Below, piece after piece: positions 1-10,473 of a stretch of 64,000 nucleotides of DNA (position 1 is the first letter of the stretch; each line of letters opens with the position of its first letter). The stretch covers positions 9,548,001 to 9,612,000 of the forward strand of contig NC_043020.1 of assembly GCF_006345805.1 (NCBI RefSeq), read 5' to 3'. The position numbers and the translations under genes are program-made. Under the pieces are notes generated by a model. That model was given only the letters and a program-made list of their open reading frames with translations, was not told the DNA's origin and searched no databases. The DNA is from Octopus sinensis. Lineage: Eukaryota.

Positions 1-954
1 CACACACACACATCTACATCAATGCTTGCCATGCACGGTAACTTCAAAAGAACTTCCCTCGTCATACAATCGCTTTCTCTTAGTCTCTTTCGCTCTCATT
101 ACTTCAAAAGTTTCCGCAAGCCCATATGTAAAAAAAAAAAAAGAAGTTTTTTACGGAAATCGACGGAAAGGTCTACTAGAGACGAAAGATTGCCTTTTCA
201 CTTTGACCGGCAGATTTTTTTAATAATTTCTACGACGCCGCCACAAAATGTTACGGCAGAAATCGTTTTCACCTCAATAGACATCATTGATTGGTTGAAA
301 TTGCCGAAAGGCAAGAAATTAAACTACAAATATCTTACAAACCACAGAATGTTCTCAAGAAAAGCCAAGAGAAAAAGATGTTTTATAAACACATTCTACC
401 AGTATACAAAGTTTAAAAGTGTTTAGTTACTCTCTCTCTTTTCACACACACTAACAGAAGCACTTCACTTACACAACATACTTTCTGTCTCCCACACCCC
501 ATTAAACACACACACACACACACATCTACATCAATGCTTGCCATGCACGGTAACTTCAAAAGAACTTCCCTCGTCATACAATCGCTTTCTCTTAGTCTCT
601 TTCGCTCTCATTACTTCAAAAGTTTCCGCAAGCCCATATGTAAAAAAAAAAAAAGAAGTTTTTTACGGAAATCGACGGAAAGGTCTACTAGAGACGAAAG
701 ATTGCCTTTTCACTTTGACCGGCAGATTTTTTTAATAATTTCTACGACGCCGCCACAAAATGTTACGGCAGAAATCGTTTTCACCTCAATAGACATCATT
801 GATTGGTTGAAATTGCCGAAAGGCAAGAAATTAAACTACAAATATCTTACAAACCACAGAATGTTCTCAAGAAAAGCCAAGAGAAAAAGATGTTTTATAA
901 ACACATTCTACCAGTATACAAAGTTTAAAAGTGTTTAGTTACTCTCTCTCTTTT
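1..954 (+). repeat. Tandem direct duplication with 512-bp period (1-442 matches 513-954)
   Basis: Identical ORFs at 22-426 and 534-938, offset by exactly 512. Identity ends at 442/954, where copy 2 continues into a SINE tail. Confidence 0.9.
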
Positions 955-1390
955 ACTCTTTTACATGTTTCAGTCATTTGACTGCGGCCATGCTGGAGCA
1001 CCGCCTTTAGTCGAGCAAATCGACCCCAGGACTTATTCTTTGTAAGCCCAGTACTTATTCTATCAGTCTCTTTTGCCGAATCGCTAAGTGACGGGGACGT
1101 AAACACACCAGCATCGGTTGTCGAGCAATGCTAGGGGGACAAACACAGACACACAAACACATACACACACATACATATATACGACAGGCTTCTTTCAGTT
1201 TCCGTCTACCAAATCCACTCACAAGGCATTGGTGGCCTGGGGCTATAGCAGAAGACACTTGCCCAAGGTGCCACGCAGTGGGACTGAACCCGGAACCATG
1301 TGGTTGGTTAGCAAGCTACTTACCACACAGCCACTCCTGCGCCTAGAAATTATTTAAAAAACTACCGTTCAAACCGAAAAGATCCTTTAT
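719..1390 (+). mobile_element. MITE-like element with a SINE inserted at 945-1343
   Basis: TIR-like ends cggcagattttttaataatttcta ... tagaaattatttaaaaaactaccgttcaaaccgaaaagatc. Related copies lie at 20010-20720 (-) and 28930-29215 (-); the latter has the empty site gttac/ctagaaa. Confidence 0.65.
945..1343 (-). mobile_element. tRNA-derived SINE family A (~400 bp, internal (TA)n/(TG)n, (gtaaaaga)n tail)
   Basis: Head ggcgcaggagtggctgtgtggtaag...ggttcagtccc has A/B-box-like motifs. About 20 further copies, e.g. 5967-6370-, 6650-7045+, 8140-8708-, 10210-10727-, 11205-11543-, 11858-12243+, 12545-12932-, 13527-13940+, 20065-20400+, 22000-22403-, 23309-23703+, 36010-36437-, 45977-46400+, 49089-49505+, 54540-55005-, 62328-62762-. 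Confidence 0.9.
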
Positions 1391-1589
1391 TTCTTTTGGT
1401 GACCAGGATTTAAAGTATATATTAACCGATTTTATTATTATGATATGTAAATTAACGCCAAAAAGAGAGATTGTGTGACGGAACAAGTGTGAAGGAAACA
1501 CAACAAACAAAACTTCAGCAAATGTTATTTTCTCGTGAAATTAGGCGGTCCATTCAGAAAGCTTTGCAGGCCGCAGTTTGCCCATGGCT

Positions 1590-2240
1590 GGTGTTCTGGG
1601 TTCAGTCCCACTGCGTGGCACCTTGGGCAAGTGTCTTCTACTATAGCCTCGGGTCGACCAAAGCCTTGTGAGTGGATTTGGTAGACGGAAACTGAAAGAA
1701 GCCCATCATATATATATATAGGCATAGGAGTGGCTGTGTGGTAAGTAGCTTGTTTACCGACCACATGGTTCCGGGTTCAGTCCCACTGCGTGGCACCTTA
1801 GGCAAGTGTCTTCTACTATAGCCTCGGGTCGACCAAAGCCTTGTGAGTGGATTTGGTAGACGGAAACTGAAAGAAGCCCATCATATATATATATATAGGC
1901 ATAGGAGTGGCTGTGTGGTAAGTAGCTTGTTTACCGACCACATGGTTCCGGGTTCAGTCCCACTGCGTGGCACCTTAGGCAAGTGTCTTCTACTATAGCC
2001 TCGGGTCGACCAAAGCCTTGTGAGTGGATTTGGTAGACGGAAACTGAAAGAAGCCCATCATATATATATATATATAGGCATAGGAGTGGCTGTGTGGTAA
2101 GTAGCTTGTTTACCGACCACATGGTTCCGGGCTCAGTCCAACTGCGTGGCACCTTGAGCAAGTGTCTTCTACTATAGCCTCGGGTCGACCAAAGCCTTGT
2201 GAGTGGATTTGGTAGACGGAAACTGAAAGAAGCCCGTTGT
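1590..2240 (+). repeat. Tandem array (~3.7 x 177-179 bp) of the SINE-A 5' half
   Basis: Units restart at ggcatagg at 1721, 1898 and 2077. They share private variants (gggtcgacc, gtttaccgacc) and differ in (TA)n length. Confidence 0.9.
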
Positions 2241-2242
2241 AT

Positions 2243-2338
2243 GAGTGGTTTACCACAGGAATCACCGTAATATGGCTTCTATTCTGTATGGATACATTTA
2301 CGATGAGTTAAGTTTCTTCCAGGATAAAATGTTTCACA
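2243..2338 (-). pseudogene. Degenerate C2H2 zinc-finger relic
   Basis: The minus strand translates to CETFYPGRNLTHRKCIHTE*KPYYGDSCGKPL, a decayed finger plus TGEKPY-like linker and the start of the next finger. It is cut off by the SINE array. Confidence 0.6.
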
Positions 2339-2863
2339 ATAAACAACATTCGTGGCAGAAGTGAACCCACTGCTTAGAGATCTGAGAAGGAAAGGTGGTA
2401 ATTTTAATAGCAAATTGAAATGTAAAGTTTATTTATTGAGGTAAAAGTTTATTAGCGTATAATGTAAGAACCATTGTAAAATTTCTCTATTGGATATCTT
2501 TTTAATTATCTTTGATATCTTACACAATTTCTCTCTCATTTCAGATTACAAGATGGCATTGGCATTGAAGAATATTTTTGCATCAGATACATCACAGATA
2601 TTTATCACATTTTAAAGTGTACAGGAAAATATTCTACCTAAGAACTAAGAAGTAGTTCTTCTGAGTGAAACATTTCTCTCCTTCATTGCCTGGAATATGT
2701 ACAAGACGATTTTGTATACCAATTAACTGTTGAGACTTTTCCAAAGGGGGTTCGCAATCCTTTTCTGATAATGATAAAAGTTGATGGAAATATTACTGTT
2801 GAAATGTTTTGATCAACATAGGAATAAATAAAAAGAAAAGGAGAAAAATATCCATATATTATT

Positions 2864-4546
2864 GTGAGAAAAAATATATACAGAAGAGTTTTTTGTGTGA
2901 GAAATTTAAAAATGAGTGTTTTGTTTTTCCCTGAAGAATTGCCTAAGGAGATGGGAAAGCAATCCTACCACTGTGATACCTGCAAGAAGTCATTCTCTGA
3001 GGAAAGTAGCCTTGTTACTCATAAATGTATTCATACAAGAGAAAAGTCATTTGACTGTGACACCTGTGGTAAATTTTTCACCACAAAAAGTAACTTAACT
3101 ACTCACAAACGTGTTCATACAGGAAAGAAAAACTATCAATGTCATGTCTGTGGTAAATTTTTCTTTCAAGAAAGTGACTTAACTAAACACAAACACATCC
3201 ACACAAGAGGGAAGCCATATCGCTGTGATATCTGTGGTAAATCATTCTGTCGAATAGGTAGTCTATCTGTTCACAAACGTATTCATACAGGAGAGAAGCC
3301 ATATCAATGTGATATCTGTGGTAAAGCATTCTCTCGAACAGATGCTGTATCTGTTCACAAACGTATTCATACAGGAGAGAAGCCTTATCAGTGTGATATC
3401 TGTGGTAAATCGTTCACGGTAATGAGCCATGTAACTACTCACAGACGTATTCATACAGGAGAGAAACCTTATTGCTGTGATATTTGTGGCAAATCTTTCT
3501 CTGATGGAAATGCCTTAACTCGACACAAACGTATCCATACAGGAGAGAAACCATATCAGTGTGATATCTGTGGTAAATCATTCTCTCAAAATAGTGATGT
3601 AACTAAACACAGAAATATTCACACAGGAGAGAAACCATATCACTGTGATATCTGTGGTAAATCTTTCTCTGTATCTAGCAACTTAACTAATCACAATCGC
3701 ATTCATACAGAAGAGAAGCCCTATCACTGTGATATCTGTGGTAAATCATTGTGTGAGAACAGTGCTGTCACTAAGCACGAATGTGTTCACACAGGAGAGA
3801 AACCATATCACTGTGATATCTGTGGTGAGAACAGTGGTGTCACTAAGCACGAATGTGTTCACATTGGAGAGAAACCATATCACTGTGATATCTGTGGTAA
3901 ATCTTTCTCTCGAAAAGATAACTTAACTAGACACAAATATCTTCATACAGGTGAAAAAACACAGTGCTGTGAAATCTGTGGTAAATTTCTTGCTAGTGGA
4001 AGTTCTTTAGCTATACATAAATATGTCCATACTGGAGAAAAACTCTATCGATGTGATATCTGTGGTAAATCATTCTCTCAATGTAGTATCTTAATTGCTC
4101 ACAAACGTGTTCATACTGGAGAGAAACCATATCACTGTGACATCTGTGATAAATCATTCTCTGTGTGTAGTAATTTAATTCATCACAAACGGACTCACAC
4201 AGGAGAGAAGCCATTTCTCTGCGATGTCTGTGGTAAGTCATTCTCTCAAGGAAATGCCTTAAGTACTCACAAACATATTCATACAGGAGAGAAACCGTAT
4301 CACTGTGATATTTGTAGTAAGTCATTTGCTTGTAGAAATAGCTTAATTGTTCATGAGCGTATTCATACAGGGGAGAAGCCATATCGCTGTGATATTTGTG
4401 ACAAATCCTTCTCTGACAGAAATGCCTTTAATAGACACAAACGTGTACACACAGGAGAGAAACCGTATCGCTGTGATATTTGTGGTAAATCTTTCTCTCA
4501 AAGTGGTCAATTTACTAATCATAAACGAATTCATTCAGGAAAGTGA
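2864..4546 (+). CDS. Tandem C2H2 zinc-finger protein, 19 finger units (finger 11 has a 4-aa deletion); likely ATG at 2912 or 2951
   Basis: 560-aa ORF of C-X2-C-X12-H-X3-H repeats with TGEKPY linkers; no recognisable KRAB/SCAN/BTB domain. The ORF-track start is a GTG. A candidate splice acceptor (tttctctctcatttcag) ends at 2544. Confidence 0.93.
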   Translation: MRKNIYRRVFCVRNLKMSVLFFPEELPKEMGKQSYHCDTCKKSFSEESSLVTHKCIHTREKSFDCDTCGKFFTTKSNLTTHKRVHTGKKNYQCHVCGKFFFQESDLTKHKHIHTRGKPYRCDICGKSFCRIGSLSVHKRIHTGEKPYQCDICGKAFSRTDAVSVHKRIHTGEKPYQCDICGKSFTVMSHVTTHRRIHTGEKPYCCDICGKSFSDGNALTRHKRIHTGEKPYQCDICGKSFSQNSDVTKHRNIHTGEKPYHCDICGKSFSVSSNLTNHNRIHTEEKPYHCDICGKSLCENSAVTKHECVHTGEKPYHCDICGENSGVTKHECVHIGEKPYHCDICGKSFSRKDNLTRHKYLHTGEKTQCCEICGKFLASGSSLAIHKYVHTGEKLYRCDICGKSFSQCSILIAHKRVHTGEKPYHCDICDKSFSVCSNLIHHKRTHTGEKPFLCDVCGKSFSQGNALSTHKHIHTGEKPYHCDICSKSFACRNSLIVHERIHTGEKPYRCDICDKSFSDRNAFNRHKRVHTGEKPYRCDICGKSFSQSGQFTNHKRIHSGK

Positions 4547-4894
4547 CCATATCACTGTGGAATCTGCAGTAAATCAGTCTCTCGGATAAATATGTTATCT
4601 ACCCACAAATGTATCCCTACTGGAACCAAACCAAGTGACCGATTCGGTTGTTAAGCGTTCTTCCATAGAAGTAACGAACATGTGGGTTGTGGTAAATTCA
4701 TTGCTACATGTGTACTAATTACTTTTTTGTTGATTAAATTATTTTGTTTTTCTCATGGAAGTTCCCTGTAATATTTCTTAGAACATTGGACCAAAAAAAA
4801 ATTGTATGCAGCATTTGTTGTTCCAGCTCCCTATCTTCTGAGTTGAAACCCTTCAGATCTCACTTTTGCCTTTTATCCTTTTGCTATTCTTTCA

Positions 4895-5065
4895 TCTGCC
4901 GCTACGTTCTGAGTTCAAATTCCGCCGAGGTCGACTTTGCCTTTCATCCTTTCGGGGTCGATTAAATAAGTACCAGTGACGCACTGGGGTCGGTATAATC
5001 AACTTAATCCGTTTGTCTCCTCTGTGATTAGCCCCTTGTGGGTAATAAAGAAATAGGTATTCTTA
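4895..5065 (+). mobile_element. SINE family D (Meta-domain-like central box)
   Basis: Carries gcctttcatcctttcggggtcgattaaataagtaccag, which resembles the central box of Sauria/MetaSINEs. A fuller copy with a tRNA-like head is at 29716-29950+; others at 29950-30135, 31640-31825, 14480-14660-, 15640-15800-, 37040-37320-, 44610-45045-. Confidence 0.7.
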
Positions 5066-5329
5066 CAATAAAGCACAGATGAAGAACTGAGGTTAATGTA
5101 ATTGACAAACCACTTCTCAGAAAGTTGCTGGTCTTGTGCTTAAATTAGAATGATGTTTATTAATATTGATTCATTATCAATAAGTTTAGCCTTTAGGCTA
5201 AATATCAACCTTCAAAATATGAATATTAATTTATTTCTATGTAATGTGTAAAAACACTGTAAGTAATGATCTTTTTGATGTTATTAAATTTTGTTGATCA
5301 AATTTATTTTCCTCTTATTTCTAAGCCTT

Positions 5330-5966
5330 TGACAGAATCCCTGCTCCCTTATCTGGTGGTGAATGTAGAAGCTAGGGATAGATGAGTGGTTGGTTAGAGT
5401 TATATAAGCCATGTACAGGGATGCTGTCAGTAAGGTGGTGGGTGGCATACAGGTTGGAGTCCACCAAGGATCAGTTCTCAGTCCCCTCTTGTTTATCATA
5501 TCCTCCAGGCCATAACATAGGAATTTAAGGCTGGTGGCCCTTGAGAGCTCTTCTACACTAATGACCTTGTTCTTATAGCTGAATCCCTACCTGAACAAGA
5601 GAGGAAATTTCAGGTTTGGAAACAAGGTCTAAGGGCCTTAGAGTTGATTTAGCAAAGTTCAAAGTCTTAGTAAGTAGGAAAACTGACAAATCCTTTCTAG
5701 GTGGTGGCCTTGCTTCACATGTAGGTAAAAATGTTGGGAGAAACTTCATATGGTGTACCCGTGCAAGAGTTGCAATGGTATCATGGGAAGGATAACAGAG
5801 AAAGTAGTCTTTGTGCATGACAGATGTGTGGGTACAATAAACACTAAGAATGCACAGAGGATAGACATCCTGAAATGTCCGGGGGATATCCTTAGAAGTA
5901 GTAGACAGCTTCTGTTATCTAGGTGACCAAGTTAGCAGTGGGGGAGGTAGTTCCCAAAATGTAGTT
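5330..5966 (+). mobile_element. Decayed non-LTR reverse-transcriptase fragment (RTE/RTE-X-like)
   Basis: Frameshifted translation QVGVHQGSVLSPLLFII..LQAIT*EFKAGGP*ELFYTNDLVLIAE (YADD-like) and LEVVDSFCYLGDQV. A partial mirrored copy lies at 14930-15370. Confidence 0.8.
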
Positions 5967-7439
5967 ACTCTTTTACTTGTTTCAGTCATTTGACTGCGGC
6001 CATGCTGGAGCACTGCCTTTAGTCGAGCAAATCGACCCCGGGATTTATTCTTTGTAAGCCCAGTACTTATTCTATCGGTCACTTTTGCCGAACTGCTAAG
6101 TGACGGGAGACGTAAACACACACCAGCATCGGTTGTCAAGCAATGCTAGGGGGACAAACACAGACACACAAACACACACACACACATATATATATATACA
6201 TATATACGACAGGCTTCTTTCAGTTTCCGTCTACCAAATCCACTCACAAGGCATTGGTCGGCCCGGGGGCTATAGCAGAAGACACTTGCCCAAGATGCCA
6301 CGCAGTGGGATTGAACCCAGAACCATGTGGTTGATTAGCAAGCTACTTACCACACAGCCACTCCTGCGCCTATGTTGTTATGATAAACACAAGTTGGGCA
6401 AAAGTTCAGAGAGTTATCACCTTTGTTGAGTGAAGGAAGGGAGTGAATAAAGAATAATAGTGGATGAGAATGTTGCCTATCTGTCTGACTGACCCTTATT
6501 CTGTCCGTCTGCCTTTGTAACACATTCTCTTTCCCTCTGTCTCTCTCTCTCTCTCTCCTCTCTCAGGAAATTATTTTGAATGCATTAAGGAGACAGCTCA
6601 TAAGCGTTCAAAATAATTTTCCCATCGTCTTGGCTTAACAGACCTCATCGCAGGAGTGGCTGTGTGGTAAGTAGCTTGCTTATGAACTACACGGTTCCGG
6701 GGTTCAGTCCCACTGCGTGGCATCTTGGGCAAATGTCTTCTACTATAGCCTCGGGCCGACCGAAGCCTTGTGAGTGGATTTGGTAGACGGAAACTGAAAG
6801 AAGCCTGTCGTATGTATGTATATATATGTATATATATGTATGTGTGTGTGTTTGTGTGTCTGTGTTTGTCCCCCTAGCATTGCTTGACAACCGATGCTGG
6901 TGTGTTTACGTCCCCGTCACTTAGTGGTTCGGCAAAAAGAGACCGATAGAATAAGTACTGGGCTTACAAAAAGAATAAGTCCCGGGGTCGATTTGCTCGA
7001 CTAAAGGCGGTGCTCCAGCATGGCCGCAGTCAAATGACTGAAACAAGTAAAAGTAAAGTAAAGTAAGTTTGTTTTTACTGTGTTATTCTCTTTATCCTGT
7101 CTTTTACTGTTTTTAAAAAATAAATAAATAAATAAAATAAAATAAAATAATAAAAATATATATATTTGAAATTTATAAGTTTAAATTATTTAAATAATTT
7201 TTTAAATTTTAACTTTAATTTAAATATTTTAATTCGGAATTTTATATTTTTTATATTTATATCTTATATTTTTTAATTAATTTTATTTCTATGTATTGGC
7301 TTATGATTTTCACTGTTTGATTTGCCTAATAGTGGTTTTATCTCTAATTTAATATAATATATATATATATTTATAGTCCAACCCATGCTAGCATGGAAAG
7401 CGGACGCTAAACGATGATGATATATATATGTATATATAT

Positions 7440-7493
<54 letters not shown>

Positions 7494-8506
7494 CTCATTT
7501 ATACCTGCAATATATGGCTAATATAGGTTAATGAGACATACCTATCTGCATGGCCGAAACAGCTGTCAGTTATAATGTATATGTATTTTTATATCTTGTT
7601 ATATTTATTTAGTTATACCTCATTATATTGATTGTCATTATTGTACTGTATTAATGTCTAATCTTAATGCTCTTGTGTAGTGTTTTAATAAAGTATATGA
7701 TTCGGTATTATCTGATAGTTGATGAATGATTTAGATATATTTCTCCATTTTCTTATTTTGTATATGTATATATACATATATATATATATGTATATATACA
7801 TATCGAGTTCTTTGAATGTTGGCCCTCATAAAGGCAAAGTGGTTGAGTTCCTTTTAGAAGACCTATAAAGCTGAGCAAAATCACAGTTGTGTAAGATGCT
7901 GGTGTGACACAAATGGTACATGTGCTGGTGGCACATGAAAGCTCTTATTGCACTTTTGGAGTGGTTGGCATTAGGAAGGGTGTCCAGCTGTAGAAACCAT
8001 GTCAAATCAGACTTGCATCTGGTGTAGCCTTCCAAGCATGCCGGCCCTGGTCAAACCGTCCAAACCATGCTATCATGGACAACAGATGTTTAATGCTGAT
8101 GATGATGATACACACACACACACACATATATATATCTATATCTACTCTTTTACTCTTTTACTTGTTTCAGTCATTTGACTGCGGTCATGCTGCAGCAGCG
8201 CCTTTAGTCGAGCATATCGACCCCAGGACTTATTCTTTGTAAGCCCAGTACTTATTCTATCGGTCTATTTTGCCGAACTGCTAAGTGACGGGGACGTAAA
8301 CACACCAGCATCGGTTGTCAAGCAATGCTAGGGGGACAAACACAGACACACATACATATAGCAATGCTAGAGGGACAAACACAGACACACAAACATATAC
8401 ACACATACATATAGCAATGCTAGAGGGACAAACACAGACACACAAACATATACACACACATACATATAGCAATGCTAGAGGGACAAACACAGACACACAA
8501 ACATAT

Positions 8507-8556
<50 letters not shown>

Positions 8557-8719
8557 CAAGGTTCTTTCAGTTTCCGTCTACCAAATCCACTCACAAGGCT
8601 TTGGTTGGCCTGAGGTTACAGCAGAAGATACTTGCCCAAGATGCTATGCAGTTGGACTGGACCCGGAACCATGTGGTTGGTTAGCAAGCTACTTACCGCA
8701 CAGCCATCTATATATATAT

Positions 8720-9058
8720 ATAAATTAAATTGGAGATAAAACCACTATTAGGCAAATCTATTAGGGTTTATCTCTAATTTAATTTATATTTATACTGTGA
8801 AATTTGATTTAATCCTAAATCTAATTTTTCCCTGTAAGTTTGGATTTACTCCCTAATATTATTATTATGACCGCGTGTGTACCGTTGGCGTTTTTTTTTC
8901 CTCTGTCTTCCCTTCTCTGGATCTTTCCTTCTCCTATGTTTCTGACGAAGAGCTCAGCTCGAAACGTTAAACCCTCCTTCTTTCCTGAGCATCCAATAAT
9001 ACTATATTTGTTCCACATCCTCGCGTTGTTGTGTTTTTTTGTGCTTTCTCGTTTGGAT

Positions 9059-9065
<7 letters not shown>
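8720..9065 (+). mobile_element. Penelope-like pLTR-type fragment
   Basis: Contains the ctgacgaag...cgaaacgtt hammerhead-type motif. Its upstream part recurs at 63300-63560 and 7310-7350. Confidence 0.55.
8938..8972 (+). ncRNA. Minimal type I hammerhead ribozyme motif
   Basis: GTTT-CTGACGA-A-GAGC-TCA-GCTC-GAA-ACGT-T-AAAC: 4-bp stem I, intact core with an extra nt after A9, 4-bp stem II, palindromic stem III ACGT, and a GUU site. Confidence 0.65.
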
Positions 9066-9106
<41 letters not shown>

Positions 9107-9444
9107 AATACACATATATAATAAAGGAATTACCATATTTTCCTGTGTATAAGCTGCTATATTTTACCTGGGAGATTAAGTGTGTGGTTTATAGAAAGGT
9201 GTGCCTAATGTGTGTATCTTTTATAAGTTTCAGGAGGAAAATAATTTGTGTAGGGACATCAACTGATTTTTTTTTATAGACGAAAGGTCACTTGGCAAAC
9301 AGCGTGAAAGACTACTACTATAGTACATTGGTACCTGGAAGAAAATAGCATATTTGTTTTGTTTTTACCTTCATGTTTTGATAATGTTATTTTTAATCCA
9401 ATAAAGACTTTAATATTGACAAAATGTGTTTGTTGTTGATTACA

Positions 9445-10047
9445 TCATCATCATCATCATCGTTTAATGTCCGCTTTCCATGCTAGCATGGGTTGGACGG
9501 TTCAACTGGGGTCTGGGGAGCCCGAAGGCTGCACCAGGCCAGTCAGATCTGGCAGTGTTTCTACAGCTGGATGCCCTTCCTAATGCCAACCACTCCGAGA
9601 GTGTAGTGGGTGATTTTATGTGCCACCGACACAGGTGCCAGACGAGGCTGGCGAACGGCCACGCTCGGATGGTGTTTTTTATGTGCCACCGACACAGGTG
9701 CCAGACGAGGCTGGCAGACGGCCACGCTCGGATAGTGTTTTTTATGTGCCACCGACACAGGTGCCAGACGAGGCTGGCAGACGGCCACGCTCGGATGGTG
9801 TTTTTTATGTGCCACCGACACAGGTGCCAGACGAGGCTGGCGAACGACCACGCTCGGATGGTGTTTTTTATGTGCCACCGACACAGGTGCCAGATGAGGC
9901 TGGCGAACGGCCACGATCGGATGGTGTTTGTTACATGCTCACAGCACGGAGGCCAGTCGATGCGGTACTGGCTACGGCCACGTTCGGATGGTCTTCTTAT
10001 GTGCCACCGGCACTGGTACCACAAAGATACAAATTCCATTGATGTTC
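9445..10047 (-). mobile_element. Non-autonomous RTE-type retroposon family B with internal ~62-bp tandem units and (gat)n tail
   Basis: Tail ...ggacattaaacgatgatgatg; core gagtggttggcattaggaagggcatccagctgtagaaac; five ~62-bp internal units; flanked by a 50-bp direct repeat. Other copies: 20700-21215+, 23975-24245-, 30420-30800-, 32065-32710-, 33640-34180-, 34710-34960-, 47680-47985-, 53230-53600-, 59320-59810-, 60780-61180-. Confidence 0.8.
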
Positions 10048-10430
10048 AATCCAATAAAGACTTTAATATTGACAAAATGTGTTTGTTGTTGATTACAGTA
10101 AGATAAAATCATAACAATACATCTCATAGTTGTAAAATAGGGCATTTTGAAACTACATACACGACAACAAAAAAGTTAGCTGCGGACCCTTTTAAACGCT
10201 GGTGTGATTTATACTCTTTACTCTCTCTCTGTTACTTGTTTCAATCATTTGACTGCAGCCATGCTGGAGCACCACCTTTAGTCAAGCAAATCGTCCCCAG
10301 GTCTTATTCTTTGTAAGCCTAGTGCTTATTCTATCAGTCGCTTTTGCCGAACCTGTAAGTTACATGGATGTAAACACACCAGTATCGGTTGTCAAGCGAT
10401 GTTGGGATGGGGACAAACACAGGCGCACGC

Positions 10431-10473
<43 letters not shown>

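Larger units (their letters stand above)
2413..5763 (+). repeat. Left arm of inverted segmental duplication (partner 14930-18294)
   Basis: Reverse-complement match from aattgaaatgtaaag (2413) to tggtgtacccgtg (5763). The non-finger parts differ only by scattered substitutions. Confidence 0.95.

Noticed and set aside
22-938. Duplicated 134-aa ORFs as genes
   Set aside because: They overlap a MITE, have no recognisable domain, and exist twice only because of the 512-bp duplication.
1118-1357. Recurrent ORF family (MSSNARGTNTDT..., MLGGQTQTHK..., MFLQLDALPNANHS...)
   Set aside because: These are chance translations of SINE-A and retroposon-B copies, seen at nearly every copy.
3263-4589. Alternative-frame and antisense ORFs over the ZNF genes
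   Set aside because: They are shadows of the 84-bp finger periodicity, with no independent evidence.
7495-7575. Third hammerhead candidate (ggcc-GAAACAGCTGTC-agttataa)
   Set aside because: Stem III and the GUC site look right and a stem I partner exists, but the CUGANGA core is unrecognisable. At most a dead relic.
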